64,000 bases of DNA, taken from Actinomyces sp. (lineage in GTDB: Bacteria > Actinomycetota > Actinomycetes > Actinomycetales > Actinomycetaceae). Where the stretch lies: positions 27,294 through 91,293 of the forward strand of contig NZ_JAUNHI010000003.1 of assembly GCF_030524025.1 (NCBI RefSeq), read 5' to 3'. The position numbers were made by a program, and so were the translations under genes. The notes beneath the pieces are model-generated. The model was given only the letters and a program-made list of their open reading frames with translations. It was not told the origin of the DNA and did no database searches. Position 1 is the stretch's first letter; every line of letters starts with the position of its first letter. Below, in pieces: positions 1-10,305 of the stretch.

Positions 1-641
1 ACCGCCCCGACGGCGGCGCCTGGCTCTACGCCGAGACCGCCCGCCAGATCCATGCCCGGGTGCCCGGCTGCGGAGTCGAACTGCTCATCCCCGACTTCCG
101 GGTCCGCCCCGAGGCGCTGGCCGAGGTCTTCTCCTCGCGCCCCGAGGTCCTGGCCCATAACCTCGAGACGGTGCCGAGGATCTTCAGGGGCATCCGCCCG
201 GCCTTCTCCTACGAGGGCAGCCTGGAGGTGCTGGCCGCGGCCTCGCGGGCGGGGCTGCTCACCAAGTCCAACCTCATCCTGGGCATGGGCGAGACCCGCC
301 AGGAGGTCGAGGAGGCCATCGACGACCTCGTGGCAGCCGAGGTCGACATCCTGACAATCACCCAGTACATGCGCCCCTCCCCCCTGCACCACCCGGTGGA
401 CCGCTGGGTCAAGCCCGAGGAGTTCATCGAGCTCGCCGCCCTGGCCCAGGACCGGGGGGTGCGCGCCGTCATGAGCGGACCGATGGTGCGCTCCTCCTAC
501 CGCTCGGGGATGCTGTGGGCCCGGGCGATGCGCGCGGCGGGCCGGCCGATCCCCGCCGACATGAGCGACCTGGCCGAGCCCGTGACGGCCCGCCAGGAGG
601 CCAGTGCGGTCCTGGAGCGCCACGGGCCCAGCAAGTCCTGA
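1..641 (+). CDS. lipA: lipoyl synthase, C-terminal part (5' end outside window)
   Basis: In-frame from position 3: [32 protein letters not shown]...[13 protein letters not shown]. It is colinear with the radical-SAM LipA C-terminus. A DUF4191 gene follows, as in Mtb Rv2218-Rv2219. Confidence 0.85.
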   Translation, partial: RPDGGAWLYAETARQIHARVPGCGVELLIPDFRVRPEALAEVFSSRPEVLAHNLETVPRIFRGIRPAFSYEGSLEVLAAASRAGLLTKSNLILGMGETRQEVEEAIDDLVAAEVDILTITQYMRPSPLHHPVDRWVKPEEFIELAALAQDRGVRAVMSGPMVRSSYRSGMLWARAMRAAGRPIPADMSDLAEPVTARQEASAVLERHGPSKS

Positions 642-698
642 TCCCGGGCGCGGCCACGGGGCCGGGCGCGGCGCCGTCGTCGGCTATCGTGGTGGACC

Positions 699-1415
699 GT
701 GAGCACAGACCCCGCCCCCAGCCGGAAGCGGCGCCTCGCGCGGTACTTCCAGAACATCAAGGACTCCTACACGATCTCGCGGCGCTCCTACCCGTGGGTC
801 GGGTGGGCGCTGCTCGGAGCCCCGCTCCTCATCATCGGCGTGGCCGTCCTGCTGGCCACCGCCACTGGACAAGCGCTGTGGTACTGGCTGTTCATCGCCG
901 TCCTGCTGGCCCTCGTGGTCGACATGGTCATCCTGTCGCTGACGGTACGCCGCGCCTCCCTGACCCAGATCGAGGGGCACCCGGGGGCGGCCAAGGCTGC
1001 GCTCGACCAGATCGGGCGCGGCTGGTACGTCGAGTCCGAGCCGGCGGCGTTCAACCCCAAGACCCGGGACATCGTGTGGCGGGTCATCGGCCGCCCGGGC
1101 ATCGTCCTGGTCGTCGAGGGCCCCACCGGCCGGACCCAGTCCCTCGTGGCCGATGAGCGCAAGACGCTCAAGCGCTTCTTGTCGACGGTGCCCGTCCACG
1201 TCATCCACGTCGGGGCCGGTGAGGGCCAGACCCGGCTCGCCGACCTGCAGTCCACGATGCGCAAGCTTCCCACCAAGCCGACCAGGCTCACCGACGCCGA
1301 GATCTCCCAGGTCACCAAGCGCCTGACCTCACTGCCGGGCCGTGGTCCGGGCATCCCCAAGGGCATCGACCCGACTAAGGTCCGCCCCGACCGGCGGGCG
1401 ATGCGCGGTCGCTGA
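699..1415 (+). CDS. DUF4191 domain membrane protein (Rv2219-like)
   Basis: GTG start. There are two TM helices after a basic N-terminus (RKRRLARYFQNIKDSY). It holds the conserved position between lipA and glnA1. Confidence 0.7.
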   Translation: MSTDPAPSRKRRLARYFQNIKDSYTISRRSYPWVGWALLGAPLLIIGVAVLLATATGQALWYWLFIAVLLALVVDMVILSLTVRRASLTQIEGHPGAAKAALDQIGRGWYVESEPAAFNPKTRDIVWRVIGRPGIVLVVEGPTGRTQSLVADERKTLKRFLSTVPVHVIHVGAGEGQTRLADLQSTMRKLPTKPTRLTDAEISQVTKRLTSLPGRGPGIPKGIDPTKVRPDRRAMRGR

Positions 1416-1430
1416 GGCGCCTCCGGCGTG

Positions 1431-1468
1431 AAACACCGAGGACATCCCGGTGGCACGCCTGCGTCACG
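1431..1468 (+). promoter_or_regulatory. GlnR-box-like array GAAAC-n6-GACAT-n6-GGCAC-n6-GTCAC upstream of glnA1
   Basis: Four 5-nt half-sites with exact 6-nt spacers (5-6-5-6-5-6-5), about 80 bp upstream of the glnA1 ATG. This resembles the actinobacterial GlnR a-site/b-site layout (gTnAc-n6-GaAAc). Confidence 0.35.
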
Positions 1469-1546
1469 GCGGCGCCCTAGGGTTGATCCCGGTGCACGGC
1501 CCACGCCGGGCGCCGCAGATCACGGACACCCCGTTGGAGGAACCTC

Positions 1547-2971
1547 ATGTTCAAGGACGCTTCGGAGGCACTGGCCTATATCGAGCAGGAGGGGGTCGAG
1601 CTCGTTGACGTGCGATTCTGCGACCTTCCCGGCGTCATGCAGCACTTCACCATCCCGGTGGCGGCCTTCAAGGACGGCGCGCTGACCGACGGGCTCATGT
1701 TCGACGGTTCCTCGATCCGCGGGTTCCAGGCGATTCACGAGTCCGACATGAAGCTCATTCCGGACGTCACGACCGCCTTCCTCGACCCCTTCCGCGCACG
1801 CAAGACCCTGGTCATCAACTTCTCGATCGTCGACCCCTTCACCGACGAGGTCTACTCGCGCGACCCGCGCTCGATCGCCGCCAAGGCCGAGGAGTACCTG
1901 CGCTCGACCGGCATCGCCGACACCTGCTACATCGGGGCCGAGGCGGAGTTCTACCTCTTCGACTCCATCCAGTACGAGACGACCCCCGCCTCGACCCGCT
2001 ACGCGATCGACTCCGCCGAGGCGGCGTGGAACACCGGCCGGGAGGAGGAGGGCGGCAACAAGGGCTACAAGACCGCCTTCAAGGCGGGGTACTTCCCGGT
2101 GTCCCCCAGCGACCAGATGGCCGACATCCGTGACGCCATGGTCGCCACCTGTCTGGACGCGGGCCTTGTCATCGAGCGCGCCCACCACGAAGTGGGCACC
2201 GCCGGCCAGCAGGAGATCAACTACCGGTTCAACTCCCTGCTGGCCGCGGGCGACGACATGATGAAGTTCAAGTACATCGTCAAGAACGAGGCCTGGCGCC
2301 AGGGGCGGACCGCGACCTTCATGCCCAAGCCGATCTTCGGCGACAACGGCTCGGGCATGCACTGCCACCACTCCCTGTGGAAGGACGGCAAGCCGCTGTT
2401 CTTCGATGAGCGCGGCTACGGCCAGCTCTCCGACATCGCGCGCTGGTACATCGGTGGCATCCTCGCCCACGCCCCGAGCCTGCTGGCCTTCACCAACCCG
2501 TCGGTCAACTCCTTCCGCCGCCTCGTCCCCGGTTTCGAGGCCCCCGTCAACCTCGTGTACTCCGCGCGCAACCGCTCGGCCTGCATCCGCATCCCGGTGA
2601 CGGGCTCATCGCCCAACGCCAAGCGCGTCGAGTACCGGGTGCCCGACCCCTCGAGCAACCCCTACCTGTGCTTCTCCGCGGTGCTCATGGCGGGCATCGA
2701 CGGCATCCGCAACCGCATCGAGCCGCGCGAGCCCATCGACAAGGACCTCTACGAGCTCGCCCCCGAGGAGTACCACGACATCGACAAGCTGCCCTTCTCC
2801 CTGGACCAGGCCCTTGACGCCCTTGAAGCCGACCACGACTACCTCACCGAGGGCGACGTGTTCACCCCGGACCTCATCGAGACCTGGATCGACTACAAGC
2901 GGACCAACGAGATCGCTCCCCTGCGCCTGCGCCCGCACCCCTACGAGTTCGAGCTCTACTACGGCCTGTGA
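1547..2971 (+). CDS. glnA: glutamine synthetase type I
   Basis: 474 aa. RBS GGAGGA precedes the ATG. The sequence is full-length GSI with its conserved catalytic motifs, followed by a terminator hairpin. Confidence 0.95.
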   Translation: MFKDASEALAYIEQEGVELVDVRFCDLPGVMQHFTIPVAAFKDGALTDGLMFDGSSIRGFQAIHESDMKLIPDVTTAFLDPFRARKTLVINFSIVDPFTDEVYSRDPRSIAAKAEEYLRSTGIADTCYIGAEAEFYLFDSIQYETTPASTRYAIDSAEAAWNTGREEEGGNKGYKTAFKAGYFPVSPSDQMADIRDAMVATCLDAGLVIERAHHEVGTAGQQEINYRFNSLLAAGDDMMKFKYIVKNEAWRQGRTATFMPKPIFGDNGSGMHCHHSLWKDGKPLFFDERGYGQLSDIARWYIGGILAHAPSLLAFTNPSVNSFRRLVPGFEAPVNLVYSARNRSACIRIPVTGSSPNAKRVEYRVPDPSSNPYLCFSAVLMAGIDGIRNRIEPREPIDKDLYELAPEEYHDIDKLPFSLDQALDALEADHDYLTEGDVFTPDLIETWIDYKRTNEIAPLRLRPHPYEFELYYGL

Positions 2972-2997
2972 GCCGGCCCCCGGCCCGGCACACGGCC

Positions 2998-3032
2998 CCG
3001 TGGCCCGGCGAGCAGCCCTCGCCGGGCCACGG
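2998..3032 (+). terminator. glnA1 terminator hairpin, with a second GC hairpin at about 3040-3064
   Basis: Perfect 15-bp stem CCGTGGCCCGGCGAG / CTCGCCGGGCCACGG with a 5-nt loop, followed by CTGTTGGG. A second near-perfect inverted repeat, GCCCCGGGGCG..CGCCCCGGGC, follows. Confidence 0.6.
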
Positions 3033-3202
3033 CTGTTGGGCCCCGGGGCGGCGTCGCCCCGGGCAGGCGCACCACCTTGCCCAGGACGATGACGCAATCC
3101 GCTTGACTTGACCCGCTATCCTTCACACCTGGGCAACCCGGATCGCGTATCCCGCCTATCTCGCCCACTGAAGTGCCTGCCCTCATCGACACAGGAGTCC
3201 CC

Positions 3203-4132
3203 ATGAAGCGCACGACATCGCTCATCCTGGGCATGGTCATCGCCTCCACCCTGACCGTGACCGGCTGCACGACCGCAGCTGACATCGAGGGCAATGCCGC
3301 GGCCTCGGGGGCGGCGAGCATCCCCGCCTACGACACCTCCGGCATCACCAAGCAGGAGGAGATCGCAGCCCTCCTGCCGGAGTCCGTGGCGGGCGACGGC
3401 AAGCTGACGGTTGCGGCCTCGACGGACTATCCGCCGGCCGAGTTCCGCAACGCCCAGGGCACCCCGGTGGGCTATGACGTCGACCTGACCAAGGCGATCG
3501 CCGCGGTGCTGGGCCTCGAGCCGGTCACCGTGCACGCCGAGTTCGACTCGATCATCCCGGCGGTCGGCAGCACCTACGACCTGGGGATCTCCTCCTTCAC
3601 GATCACCGCGGAGCGGATCGATGCGGCGACGATGATCTCGTACATCAATGTCGGCTCCCAGTTCAACGTCCCGCGCGGCAACCCCGAGGGCATCGACCCC
3701 TCCAACCCCCTCAACCTGTGCGGCCTGGCCATCGGCGTCCAGACCGGCACCTCCCAGCACGAGGCCCTGAACGGCTACTCGGCCGACTGCGTCGCCGCGG
3801 GCAAGCCCGCCATCTCCCCCAGGCCCTACACGAAGAACACCGACGCCTCGGCCGCCCTGGCGGGCAACACCATCGACGCGGTGTTCGCCGACGCCACCGT
3901 GGCCGGCTACGCCCAGATCCAGACCAACGGCGGCGTCGAGACCGTCGGAGAGGTCATCGACTCCGCACCGCAGGGCATCGTCGTGGCCAAGGACGACGAG
4001 GCCACCGCCCAGGCGGTCCAGCAGGCCGTCCAGTACCTCATGGACAACGGCTACTGGAACGAGATCCTGGAGACCTGGAGCATCGACACCTCACAGGCCC
4101 TGACGACCGCCGAGATCAACCCCGCCGTCTGA
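3203..4132 (+). CDS. polar amino-acid ABC transporter substrate-binding lipoprotein
   Basis: RBS AGGAG precedes ATG 3203. Signal peptide with lipobox LTVTGC. Family-3 SBP fold motifs. Permease and ATPase genes follow. Confidence 0.85.
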   Translation: MKRTTSLILGMVIASTLTVTGCTTAADIEGNAAASGAASIPAYDTSGITKQEEIAALLPESVAGDGKLTVAASTDYPPAEFRNAQGTPVGYDVDLTKAIAAVLGLEPVTVHAEFDSIIPAVGSTYDLGISSFTITAERIDAATMISYINVGSQFNVPRGNPEGIDPSNPLNLCGLAIGVQTGTSQHEALNGYSADCVAAGKPAISPRPYTKNTDASAALAGNTIDAVFADATVAGYAQIQTNGGVETVGEVIDSAPQGIVVAKDDEATAQAVQQAVQYLMDNGYWNEILETWSIDTSQALTTAEINPAV

Positions 4133-4172
4133 CCCGGCCCGCGACCACCGACCACCACCCTGAGGAGGCCCC

Positions 4173-5138
4173 ATGCTCTCCGACCTGCCCGACAAGGACA
4201 TGCCCATCGAGCTCAACAAGGTGCGTCCCGTGCCCCGTCCGGGACGCTGGATCTCCGCGTTCATCGTCGCCGTGCTGGCCACCATGTTCCTGCACGCGCT
4301 CGTGACCAACCCGAACCTGCGCTGGGACACCGTGTGGTTCTACTTCCGCTACGACGAGGTGGCCCGCGCCGTGGGGTGGACGCTCATCCTGACGGTGGCG
4401 GCAATGACGATGGGCATCGTTCTGGCCTCGGTCACCGCCGTCATGCGCCAGAGCGAGAACCCGGTGCTGCGGGTGGTGTCCTACTTCTACGTGTGGTTCT
4501 TCCGCGGCACCCCGATCTACACCCAGCTCGTGTTCTGGGGGCTCATGCCCGCGCTGTACAACCGGCTGAGCCTGGGCATCCCCTTCGGCCCGGAGTTCTT
4601 CACCTTCTCGACCCGGGAGCTGTTCACCGGGGCATTCGCCGCCATCCTGGGACTGGGCCTCAACGAGGGGGCCTACCTGTCGGAGATCATGCGCTCGGGC
4701 CTCAACTCGGTGGACCCCGGCCAGAGGGAGGCCGCCCATGCACTGGGGATGAGCAAGGGGCGCATCCTGTGGCGCATCATCCTGCCCCAGGCGATGCGGG
4801 TGATCGTCCCGCCCACCGGCAACGAGACGATCTCCATGCTCAAAACCACCTCCCTGGTCCTGGCGGTTCCCTTCACCAAGGAGCTGACCTTCGTGGCCAA
4901 CTCCGCCGGCAACCGCCTCTTCCAGCCGGTGCCGCTGCTCATCGTCGCCGCGCTGTGGTACCTCATCATCACCTCGGTGCTCATGGTCGGCCAGCACTAC
5001 ATCGAGCGCTACTACGGGCGCGGCTTCGACGGGGCCTCGACCACGGGCAAGAAGCGCCGGGGCATGTCGTCGCGCCAGCAGGCCATCCTCGACTCCCACA
5101 CGACCAAGGTCGACCCGTTCCAGGAGGTCACACCGTGA
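4173..5138 (+). CDS. amino-acid ABC transporter permease
   Basis: RBS GAGGAGG. Multiple TM helices and an EAA-like loop ([26 protein letters not shown]). Confidence 0.9.
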   Translation: MLSDLPDKDMPIELNKVRPVPRPGRWISAFIVAVLATMFLHALVTNPNLRWDTVWFYFRYDEVARAVGWTLILTVAAMTMGIVLASVTAVMRQSENPVLRVVSYFYVWFFRGTPIYTQLVFWGLMPALYNRLSLGIPFGPEFFTFSTRELFTGAFAAILGLGLNEGAYLSEIMRSGLNSVDPGQREAAHALGMSKGRILWRIILPQAMRVIVPPTGNETISMLKTTSLVLAVPFTKELTFVANSAGNRLFQPVPLLIVAALWYLIITSVLMVGQHYIERYYGRGFDGASTTGKKRRGMSSRQQAILDSHTTKVDPFQEVTP

Positions 5139-5920
5139 GCCCCAGCACCACAGCCAAGGTCGAGATCACCGGCCTGCACAAGTTCTTCGGCGAGAACCAC
5201 GTCCTGCGGGGCGTGGACCTGACCGTGCCCCCTGGCAGCGTCACGGTCCTCGTGGGCCCCTCGGGCTCGGGCAAGTCGACGCTCCTGCGCTGCATCAACG
5301 AGCTGGAGTCCATCGACGCCGGGCGCGTCCATGTCGACGGCGAGCTGATCGGCATGCGGGAAGTCGTCCGCAACGGCCGCACCGAGCTCCACGCGTTGAG
5401 CGACCGGCAGCGGGCCGCTCAGCGCTCCAAGATCGGCATGGTCTTCCAGCGATTCAACCTCTTCCCCCACATGACGGCGATCCAGAACGTCATGGAGGCG
5501 CCGGTGCAGGTGCGCCGGATGCCCAAGAACGAGGCCAAGACCAGGGGCCTGGAGCTGCTCGAGCGCGTCGGCCTGGCCGATCGTGTCGACTTCTACCCCT
5601 CCCAGCTCTCCGGGGGCCAGCAGCAGCGCGTGGCCATCGCCCGGGCACTGGCGATGGACCCCGAGCTCATGCTCTTCGACGAGCCGACCTCCGCCCTCGA
5701 CCCCGAGCTCGTCGGCGAGGTGCTGCGCGTCATGAAGGACCTGGCGGCCTCGGGCATGACGATGGTCGTTGTCACCCACGAGATGGGCTTCGCCCGTGAG
5801 GTCGGCGACCAGCTCGTCTTCATGGACGGTGGTGTCATCCGCGAGGCCGGCAACCCCGCCGAGGTCATCGACAACCCCCAGGACCCGCGCACCCAGGCCT
5901 TCCTCAACTCGGTGCTCTGA
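5135..5920 (+). CDS. amino-acid ABC transporter ATP-binding protein
   Basis: GTG start overlaps the permease stop (GTGA). Walker [10 protein letters not shown], signature [15 protein letters not shown], Walker [13 protein letters not shown]. Confidence 0.9.
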   Translation: MSPSTTAKVEITGLHKFFGENHVLRGVDLTVPPGSVTVLVGPSGSGKSTLLRCINELESIDAGRVHVDGELIGMREVVRNGRTELHALSDRQRAAQRSKIGMVFQRFNLFPHMTAIQNVMEAPVQVRRMPKNEAKTRGLELLERVGLADRVDFYPSQLSGGQQQRVAIARALAMDPELMLFDEPTSALDPELVGEVLRVMKDLAASGMTMVVVTHEMGFAREVGDQLVFMDGGVIREAGNPAEVIDNPQDPRTQAFLNSVL

Positions 5921-5943
5921 GCCCGGCGGTCCCGGTCCCGCGC

Positions 5944-6591
5944 TCAGGCGCTCCAGTCGCCCTCGTTCCAGCTCGTTAGGCGCCAGCCGCCCTGCGGGTC
6001 TCCGTGGACGACCGTGATGCCGGTGTTGCGCATGGGGTGCTCGGCCACCCAGGCGGGATCGGCCCCCGCGGCCCGGGCGGCTGCCAGGGCCACCCACAGG
6101 CGAAGCACCGTGCCATGGGCGACGAGCAGCGCGGAGGAGTCGGGGTCCTCCGCGTCGGTGGCGGCCGCGATCTCCTCGACGACGCCGTTGAATCGCTCGA
6201 AGGTGTCGGCGCCGTCCTCGGGGCTGCCCGGGATCCGGGCACCGGTGCGGCCCACCATCCAGGAGCGAGTCGTGTCGGTGTAGCAGCGCACCGAGCGGGC
6301 GTCGGTGTTCATCTCGATGTCCCCGGCCAGGACCTCCCGCAGCCCCGAGCGCACCTGTGCCGTCAGCCCGGTGGCCGCCTCGATGGGAGCGATCGTCTCG
6401 CGGGCGCGCAGGATCGGGGAGACCCACAGCGAGGTGATCGCCGTAAGGTGACCGTCGGCGGTCAGACGGCCCGGCAGGGAGGCAGCCTGCTCGAGACCGA
6501 CGGCGTCGAGGGGCAGACCGGGCAGGGAGGTGTCGAGGGCGCCGGCGACATTGGCCAGGGTGCGCCCGTGGCGCACGAGGAGGAGCTTCAC
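5944..6591 (-). CDS. histidine phosphatase family protein (phosphoglycerate-mutase-like)
   Basis: MKLLLVRHGRTLAN with the RHG catalytic motif. GTG start. Lies downstream of glnE on the same strand. Confidence 0.8.
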   Translation of the reverse strand: MKLLLVRHGRTLANVAGALDTSLPGLPLDAVGLEQAASLPGRLTADGHLTAITSLWVSPILRARETIAPIEAATGLTAQVRSGLREVLAGDIEMNTDARSVRCYTDTTRSWMVGRTGARIPGSPEDGADTFERFNGVVEEIAAATDAEDPDSSALLVAHGTVLRLWVALAAARAAGADPAWVAEHPMRNTGITVVHGDPQGGWRLTSWNEGDWSA

Positions 6592-6695
6592 GCCCTCATC
6601 CTGCCAGCAGCGCGCCCCGGGGGCACATGGAGCCCTGGATGACTGATTCCGCGGTATCGGCTGGAGGACACAGGTCCGGGCCCCACCCCTTTCGC

Positions 6696-6738
6696 GAGAT
6701 CGGGACTAATGACACCTCGAGATCGGTACATATGACAC
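6696..6738 (-). repeat. two 20-nt direct repeats in the promoter region of the phosphatase gene
   Basis: GAGATCGGGACTAATGACAC (6696-6715) and GAGATCGGTACATATGACAC (6719-6738) match at 17 of 20 positions and sit 23 nt apart centre to centre. Located between the glnE stop and the phosphatase start. Confidence 0.5.
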
Positions 6739-6764
6739 GCAGGGGTGCCGCCACCCCGGGGAGC

Positions 6765-9700
6765 TCAGGACCACGGGTAGGGCCCGGAGGCCTGGCGCCT
6801 CGGGGGGCGGCGCTGGGGACCGGAGGAGGCGCCGGCCGCTGCCCCCGAGGCCGTCCTCGTACCGGCCGGACGCCCCCGGGATGAACCCGGGGAGGCGCCC
6901 GGACCGACCGCCGGGGACGCCGCCGGCAAGCGGCCGGAGGATCCCCGGTCCGCCGTCGGTGGAACGGCGGGCCCGGGCTGCTCCTCGCCGAACAGGACCC
7001 GCTCGGCCACGTGCCGGGCGTGCCGCGCCGTGCGGCGGTAGACGTCCTCAAGGTCCCGCTCCCGACCCGGCTCCATGCCCAGAAGCCTGCCGACGAGCCG
7101 GATCTCGCGCAGCCGCGAGGGCAGCACGTCCACTTTGGCCCCGCGGTCCCGTCCGGTGCTCAGCACGTTGGCGGCCCGTATCCGGGAGGCCAGGACCCAG
7201 GCCGCCACGAGGCGACCGGCGTCGTCGGCGCTCATGAGCCCCTCCCCCGCGGCCGCCTCCAGGACCCCGACGGTCGAGGTGGAGCGCAGCGCGGGCACGG
7301 TCGCGGCGTGGGCGAGCTGGAGGAGCTGGACGCACCACTCGACGTCGGACAAGCCTCCCGGCCCGAGCTTGAGGTGACGGACGGGGGCGGTCCCCCGCGG
7401 GAGGCGCTCGGCCTCCATGCGCGCCTTGAGACGGCGTATCTCCCGCACACCGGCCCCATCGAGGCCCTGCGGGCTCCAACGCAGGGGAGCGACCACCGCG
7501 ACGAAGGCGCGCCCGAGCCGCTCGTCCCCGGCACAGGGACGCGCCCGCAGCAGCGCCTGGCGCTCCCACACGGCGCCCCATCGCCGGTAGTACTGGGCGT
7601 AGGAGCCCAGGGACCGGCTCATCGGCCCCTGGCGGCCCTCGGGACGCAGGTCGGCGTCGACATCGAGGGCGTGGGGGCGGGCCTGGGCCAGCAGGCGCAC
7701 CGTCCACCGGGCCACGGCCTCGGCCTCCGCGGCGGCCGTGTCGGGATCGGCCCCGCCGACGGGCTCGTGGACGAAGAGCACGTCGGCGTCCGAGGCGTAG
7801 GTGACCTCCTGTCCACCCAGACGGCCCATGGCCACGAGGGCGTGGCGGGCCGCGGCGCCCTCGACGCCACCGGGCACCGCCGGGGTGCCGTCGCGCTGGG
7901 CCACGACCAGGGCGAGGGCCACGTCAAGGGTCCCTCCGAGGACGGCGTCGGTGGCGTCGGTGAGGATCCGTGCGGTGCGCATCGGGTCGATGCCGTCCAG
8001 GGAGTCGGCCAGGGCGGCCCGGATCAGCTCGCGGGTCCGCACCCCGGCCAGGGCCCGCACCGCCTCGACCGCCTGCTCCTCCAGGCCGGCGGCATCCGGG
8101 GCGTCCAGGACGCGGCGGCTCAGGATGTGCTCGACCTCGGAGCGCAGGCCGGCCGCCGGGCGCGGGACCAGCTCGGCATCGTCGTCGAGCCAGGTGACCG
8201 ACTCCGGCAGCTCGGCCACGAGGTCGGAGGTCCATGGCGCCCCCGACAGCACCTGGCACAGTCGGCGCGCAGCCGAGGAGGAGTCGCGCAGCATGCCCAG
8301 GTACCAGTGGGACCCGCCGATGGACTCCGACAGGCGGCGGAAGGACAACAGCCCGTTGTCCGTGTCCGGGCCCTGACCGAGCCAGCCGATGATGACCGGC
8401 AGGAGCTGACGCTGAATGGCCGCGCGCCGGCTGACCCCCTCGGTCAGGGCGTGGATGTGGTGCATGGCGCCGTCGGGGTCGAGGTAGCCCACTGCGGCCA
8501 GGCGGGCCCGGGCCGCCTCGGGGCTCAGGGTCATCTCCTCGTTGGTCAGGTCGGCCGCCGCGGTGAGCACGGGGCGGTAGTAGATCTCCTCGTGCAGGGC
8601 CCGCACCTGGCGGCGTACCGCGGTGAAGGTCGCCCACAGCGCCTCGGGGTCGCCCAGGGTGTGGCGGTCGATGCCGCGGCCGAGCCGGCGCAGGGCCGCG
8701 GGCGAGGAGGGCAGCTCGTGGGTGCGGCGCAGGCCGTGAAGCTGGCAGCGGTGCTCCAGGAGCCGCAGCGTGCGGTAGCAGTCGCCGAGCACGCCCGCGG
8801 CGCTGCGTCCCACATATCCCCCGGCTGTCAGCTCGGCCAGGGCATCGAGGGTCGAGCGCACGTGGAGGCGGGTGTCGCCGCGCCCGTGGACCAGCTGGAG
8901 CAGCTGGACGGTGAACTCCACGTCGCGCAGCCCGCCGGGGCCGAGCTTGATGCGCCTGTCGTCGGCGCCCAGGCGCCGCGACTCGTTCTCCACCCGTCGT
9001 CTCATGGCGCGGGCGTCATCGACGAAGTGCTCCCGGGTCGAGGCCGACCAGATGTAGGGCGAGACCCCCTCCTCGTAGGCGGCGCCGAGAGCCGCGTCGC
9101 CCGCGCAGGCGCGCGCCTTGAGCAGGGCCTGGAACTCCCAGGACGAGGCCCAGCGCTCGTAGTAGGCCAGGTGGGAGGCCAGGGTGCGCACGAGGGCGCC
9201 GTCCTTGCCCTCGGGCCGCAGCGCTGTGTCCAGCGGCCACAGCGGTGGCTCGATCGAGGTCGCCGAGGTCACCCGGGCCAGCTCGGTGGCCAGCTCGGTA
9301 CCCACCGAGACGAGCTCGTCCTCGGGCACCTGCGTTTGGCCGGCCGGTCCCACGACGTAGACGACGTCGACGTCCGAGACATAGTTGAGCTCGCGCGCCC
9401 CGGCCTTGCCCATGGCGATGACGGCCAGGGCCGTGCGGTCACCGGCCGGGCCGACGACGGCACGGGCCACCTGCAGGCCCGCCTCGATGGCGGCGTCGGC
9501 CAGCTGGGTCATGCGCTCACCGACGACGGGCATGTGGGCCGCTGGGTCGGCGCTGGTCAGGTCGTCGGCTGCCACGGCCAGCAGCCGCTCGCGGTAGGCC
9601 ACCCGGACGGCCGCCGTCGCCTCCTCGGCCGCCCGCCGCACCGGCAGGTCCCCGGCGCGGGCCAGGGCCCGCCGGGCCGCCTCGCCCAGGGCCTGGGCGA

Positions 9701-10277
9701 TGGTCGGCTCGCCCGGGGCGTCGACGGCGTGCCGTGGGGACAGGGAGCCGAGGCACTCGGGGTGGGACACGAGGAAGTCGCCCAGGGCCCGTGAGGTTCC
9801 CAGGACGGCCAGAAGACGACGCAGATGGGTCAGCTCGACCGGCTCATCGCCCGACTCATCCTGCTCGGTGCCGGCCTGCTCGCCCGCTCCCGGCCCGGCA
9901 CCGTTGTCCTGCGGCCGGTGGGCCAGGGAGCCGAGGACCTCACCGAGCAGGCGGCAAGGAGCACCCCCGGCGCCGTGGGCGGCCCCGGCGAGCCTGACCA
10001 GGGTGAGCAGCGCGAGATCGGGATCGGCGGTGGCGGCGAGCTCCTCGACGAGGCGCGAGCGCAGCGGGTCGACGGCGGGGCCGGGCTGAGGACCGGGTAC
10101 CCCGGAGAGCTCCCGCTCCTCGGGGTCCCCGGCGGCGGGCAGCCAGGGGACGAGGGCCGGGTCTGCCAGGCAGGCACGTGCCCGGTCGACCTCGGTGAAA
10201 CCGGCACGCGCCAGGCGGCTGCGCAGGCTGCCCCGCCGTCGGCCGGGCCCGGACCAGGGGTCGATGTGCTCAGCCAT
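6765..10277 (-). CDS. glnE: bifunctional glutamine synthetase adenylyltransferase / adenylyl-removing enzyme
   Basis: 1170 aa. Two nucleotidyltransferase halves (AVIAMGKAGARELNYVSDVDVVYV and LVAMGRLGGQEVTYASDADVLFV). Colinear with Mtb GlnE. Carries a P/G/S-rich C-terminal tail of about 90 aa. Confidence 0.9.
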   Translation of the reverse strand: MAEHIDPWSGPGRRRGSLRSRLARAGFTEVDRARACLADPALVPWLPAAGDPEERELSGVPGPQPGPAVDPLRSRLVEELAATADPDLALLTLVRLAGAAHGAGGAPCRLLGEVLGSLAHRPQDNGAGPGAGEQAGTEQDESGDEPVELTHLRRLLAVLGTSRALGDFLVSHPECLGSLSPRHAVDAPGEPTIAQALGEAARRALARAGDLPVRRAAEEATAAVRVAYRERLLAVAADDLTSADPAAHMPVVGERMTQLADAAIEAGLQVARAVVGPAGDRTALAVIAMGKAGARELNYVSDVDVVYVVGPAGQTQVPEDELVSVGTELATELARVTSATSIEPPLWPLDTALRPEGKDGALVRTLASHLAYYERWASSWEFQALLKARACAGDAALGAAYEEGVSPYIWSASTREHFVDDARAMRRRVENESRRLGADDRRIKLGPGGLRDVEFTVQLLQLVHGRGDTRLHVRSTLDALAELTAGGYVGRSAAGVLGDCYRTLRLLEHRCQLHGLRRTHELPSSPAALRRLGRGIDRHTLGDPEALWATFTAVRRQVRALHEEIYYRPVLTAAADLTNEEMTLSPEAARARLAAVGYLDPDGAMHHIHALTEGVSRRAAIQRQLLPVIIGWLGQGPDTDNGLLSFRRLSESIGGSHWYLGMLRDSSSAARRLCQVLSGAPWTSDLVAELPESVTWLDDDAELVPRPAAGLRSEVEHILSRRVLDAPDAAGLEEQAVEAVRALAGVRTRELIRAALADSLDGIDPMRTARILTDATDAVLGGTLDVALALVVAQRDGTPAVPGGVEGAAARHALVAMGRLGGQEVTYASDADVLFVHEPVGGADPDTAAAEAEAVARWTVRLLAQARPHALDVDADLRPEGRQGPMSRSLGSYAQYYRRWGAVWERQALLRARPCAGDERLGRAFVAVVAPLRWSPQGLDGAGVREIRRLKARMEAERLPRGTAPVRHLKLGPGGLSDVEWCVQLLQLAHAATVPALRSTSTVGVLEAAAGEGLMSADDAGRLVAAWVLASRIRAANVLSTGRDRGAKVDVLPSRLREIRLVGRLLGMEPGRERDLEDVYRRTARHARHVAERVLFGEEQPGPAVPPTADRGSSGRLPAASPAVGPGASPGSSRGRPAGTRTASGAAAGASSGPQRRPPRRQASGPYPWS

Positions 10278-10305
10278 GCCGCCGTCCCCCTCGCCTCACT
10301 GTCCC

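Noticed and set aside
4334-5134. 5' part of the 528-aa ORF containing the ABC ATPase
   Set aside because: It is the alternative frame of the permease gene. The ATPase starts at GTG 5135 with its own RBS.
5012-6427. 471-aa minus-strand ORF
   Set aside because: Antisense to the ABC ATPase and phosphatase genes. Arg/Gly-rich.
7011-9794. 927-aa plus-strand ORF
   Set aside because: Antisense to glnE. It is low-complexity (G/A/R/P-rich) with no recognisable domain.
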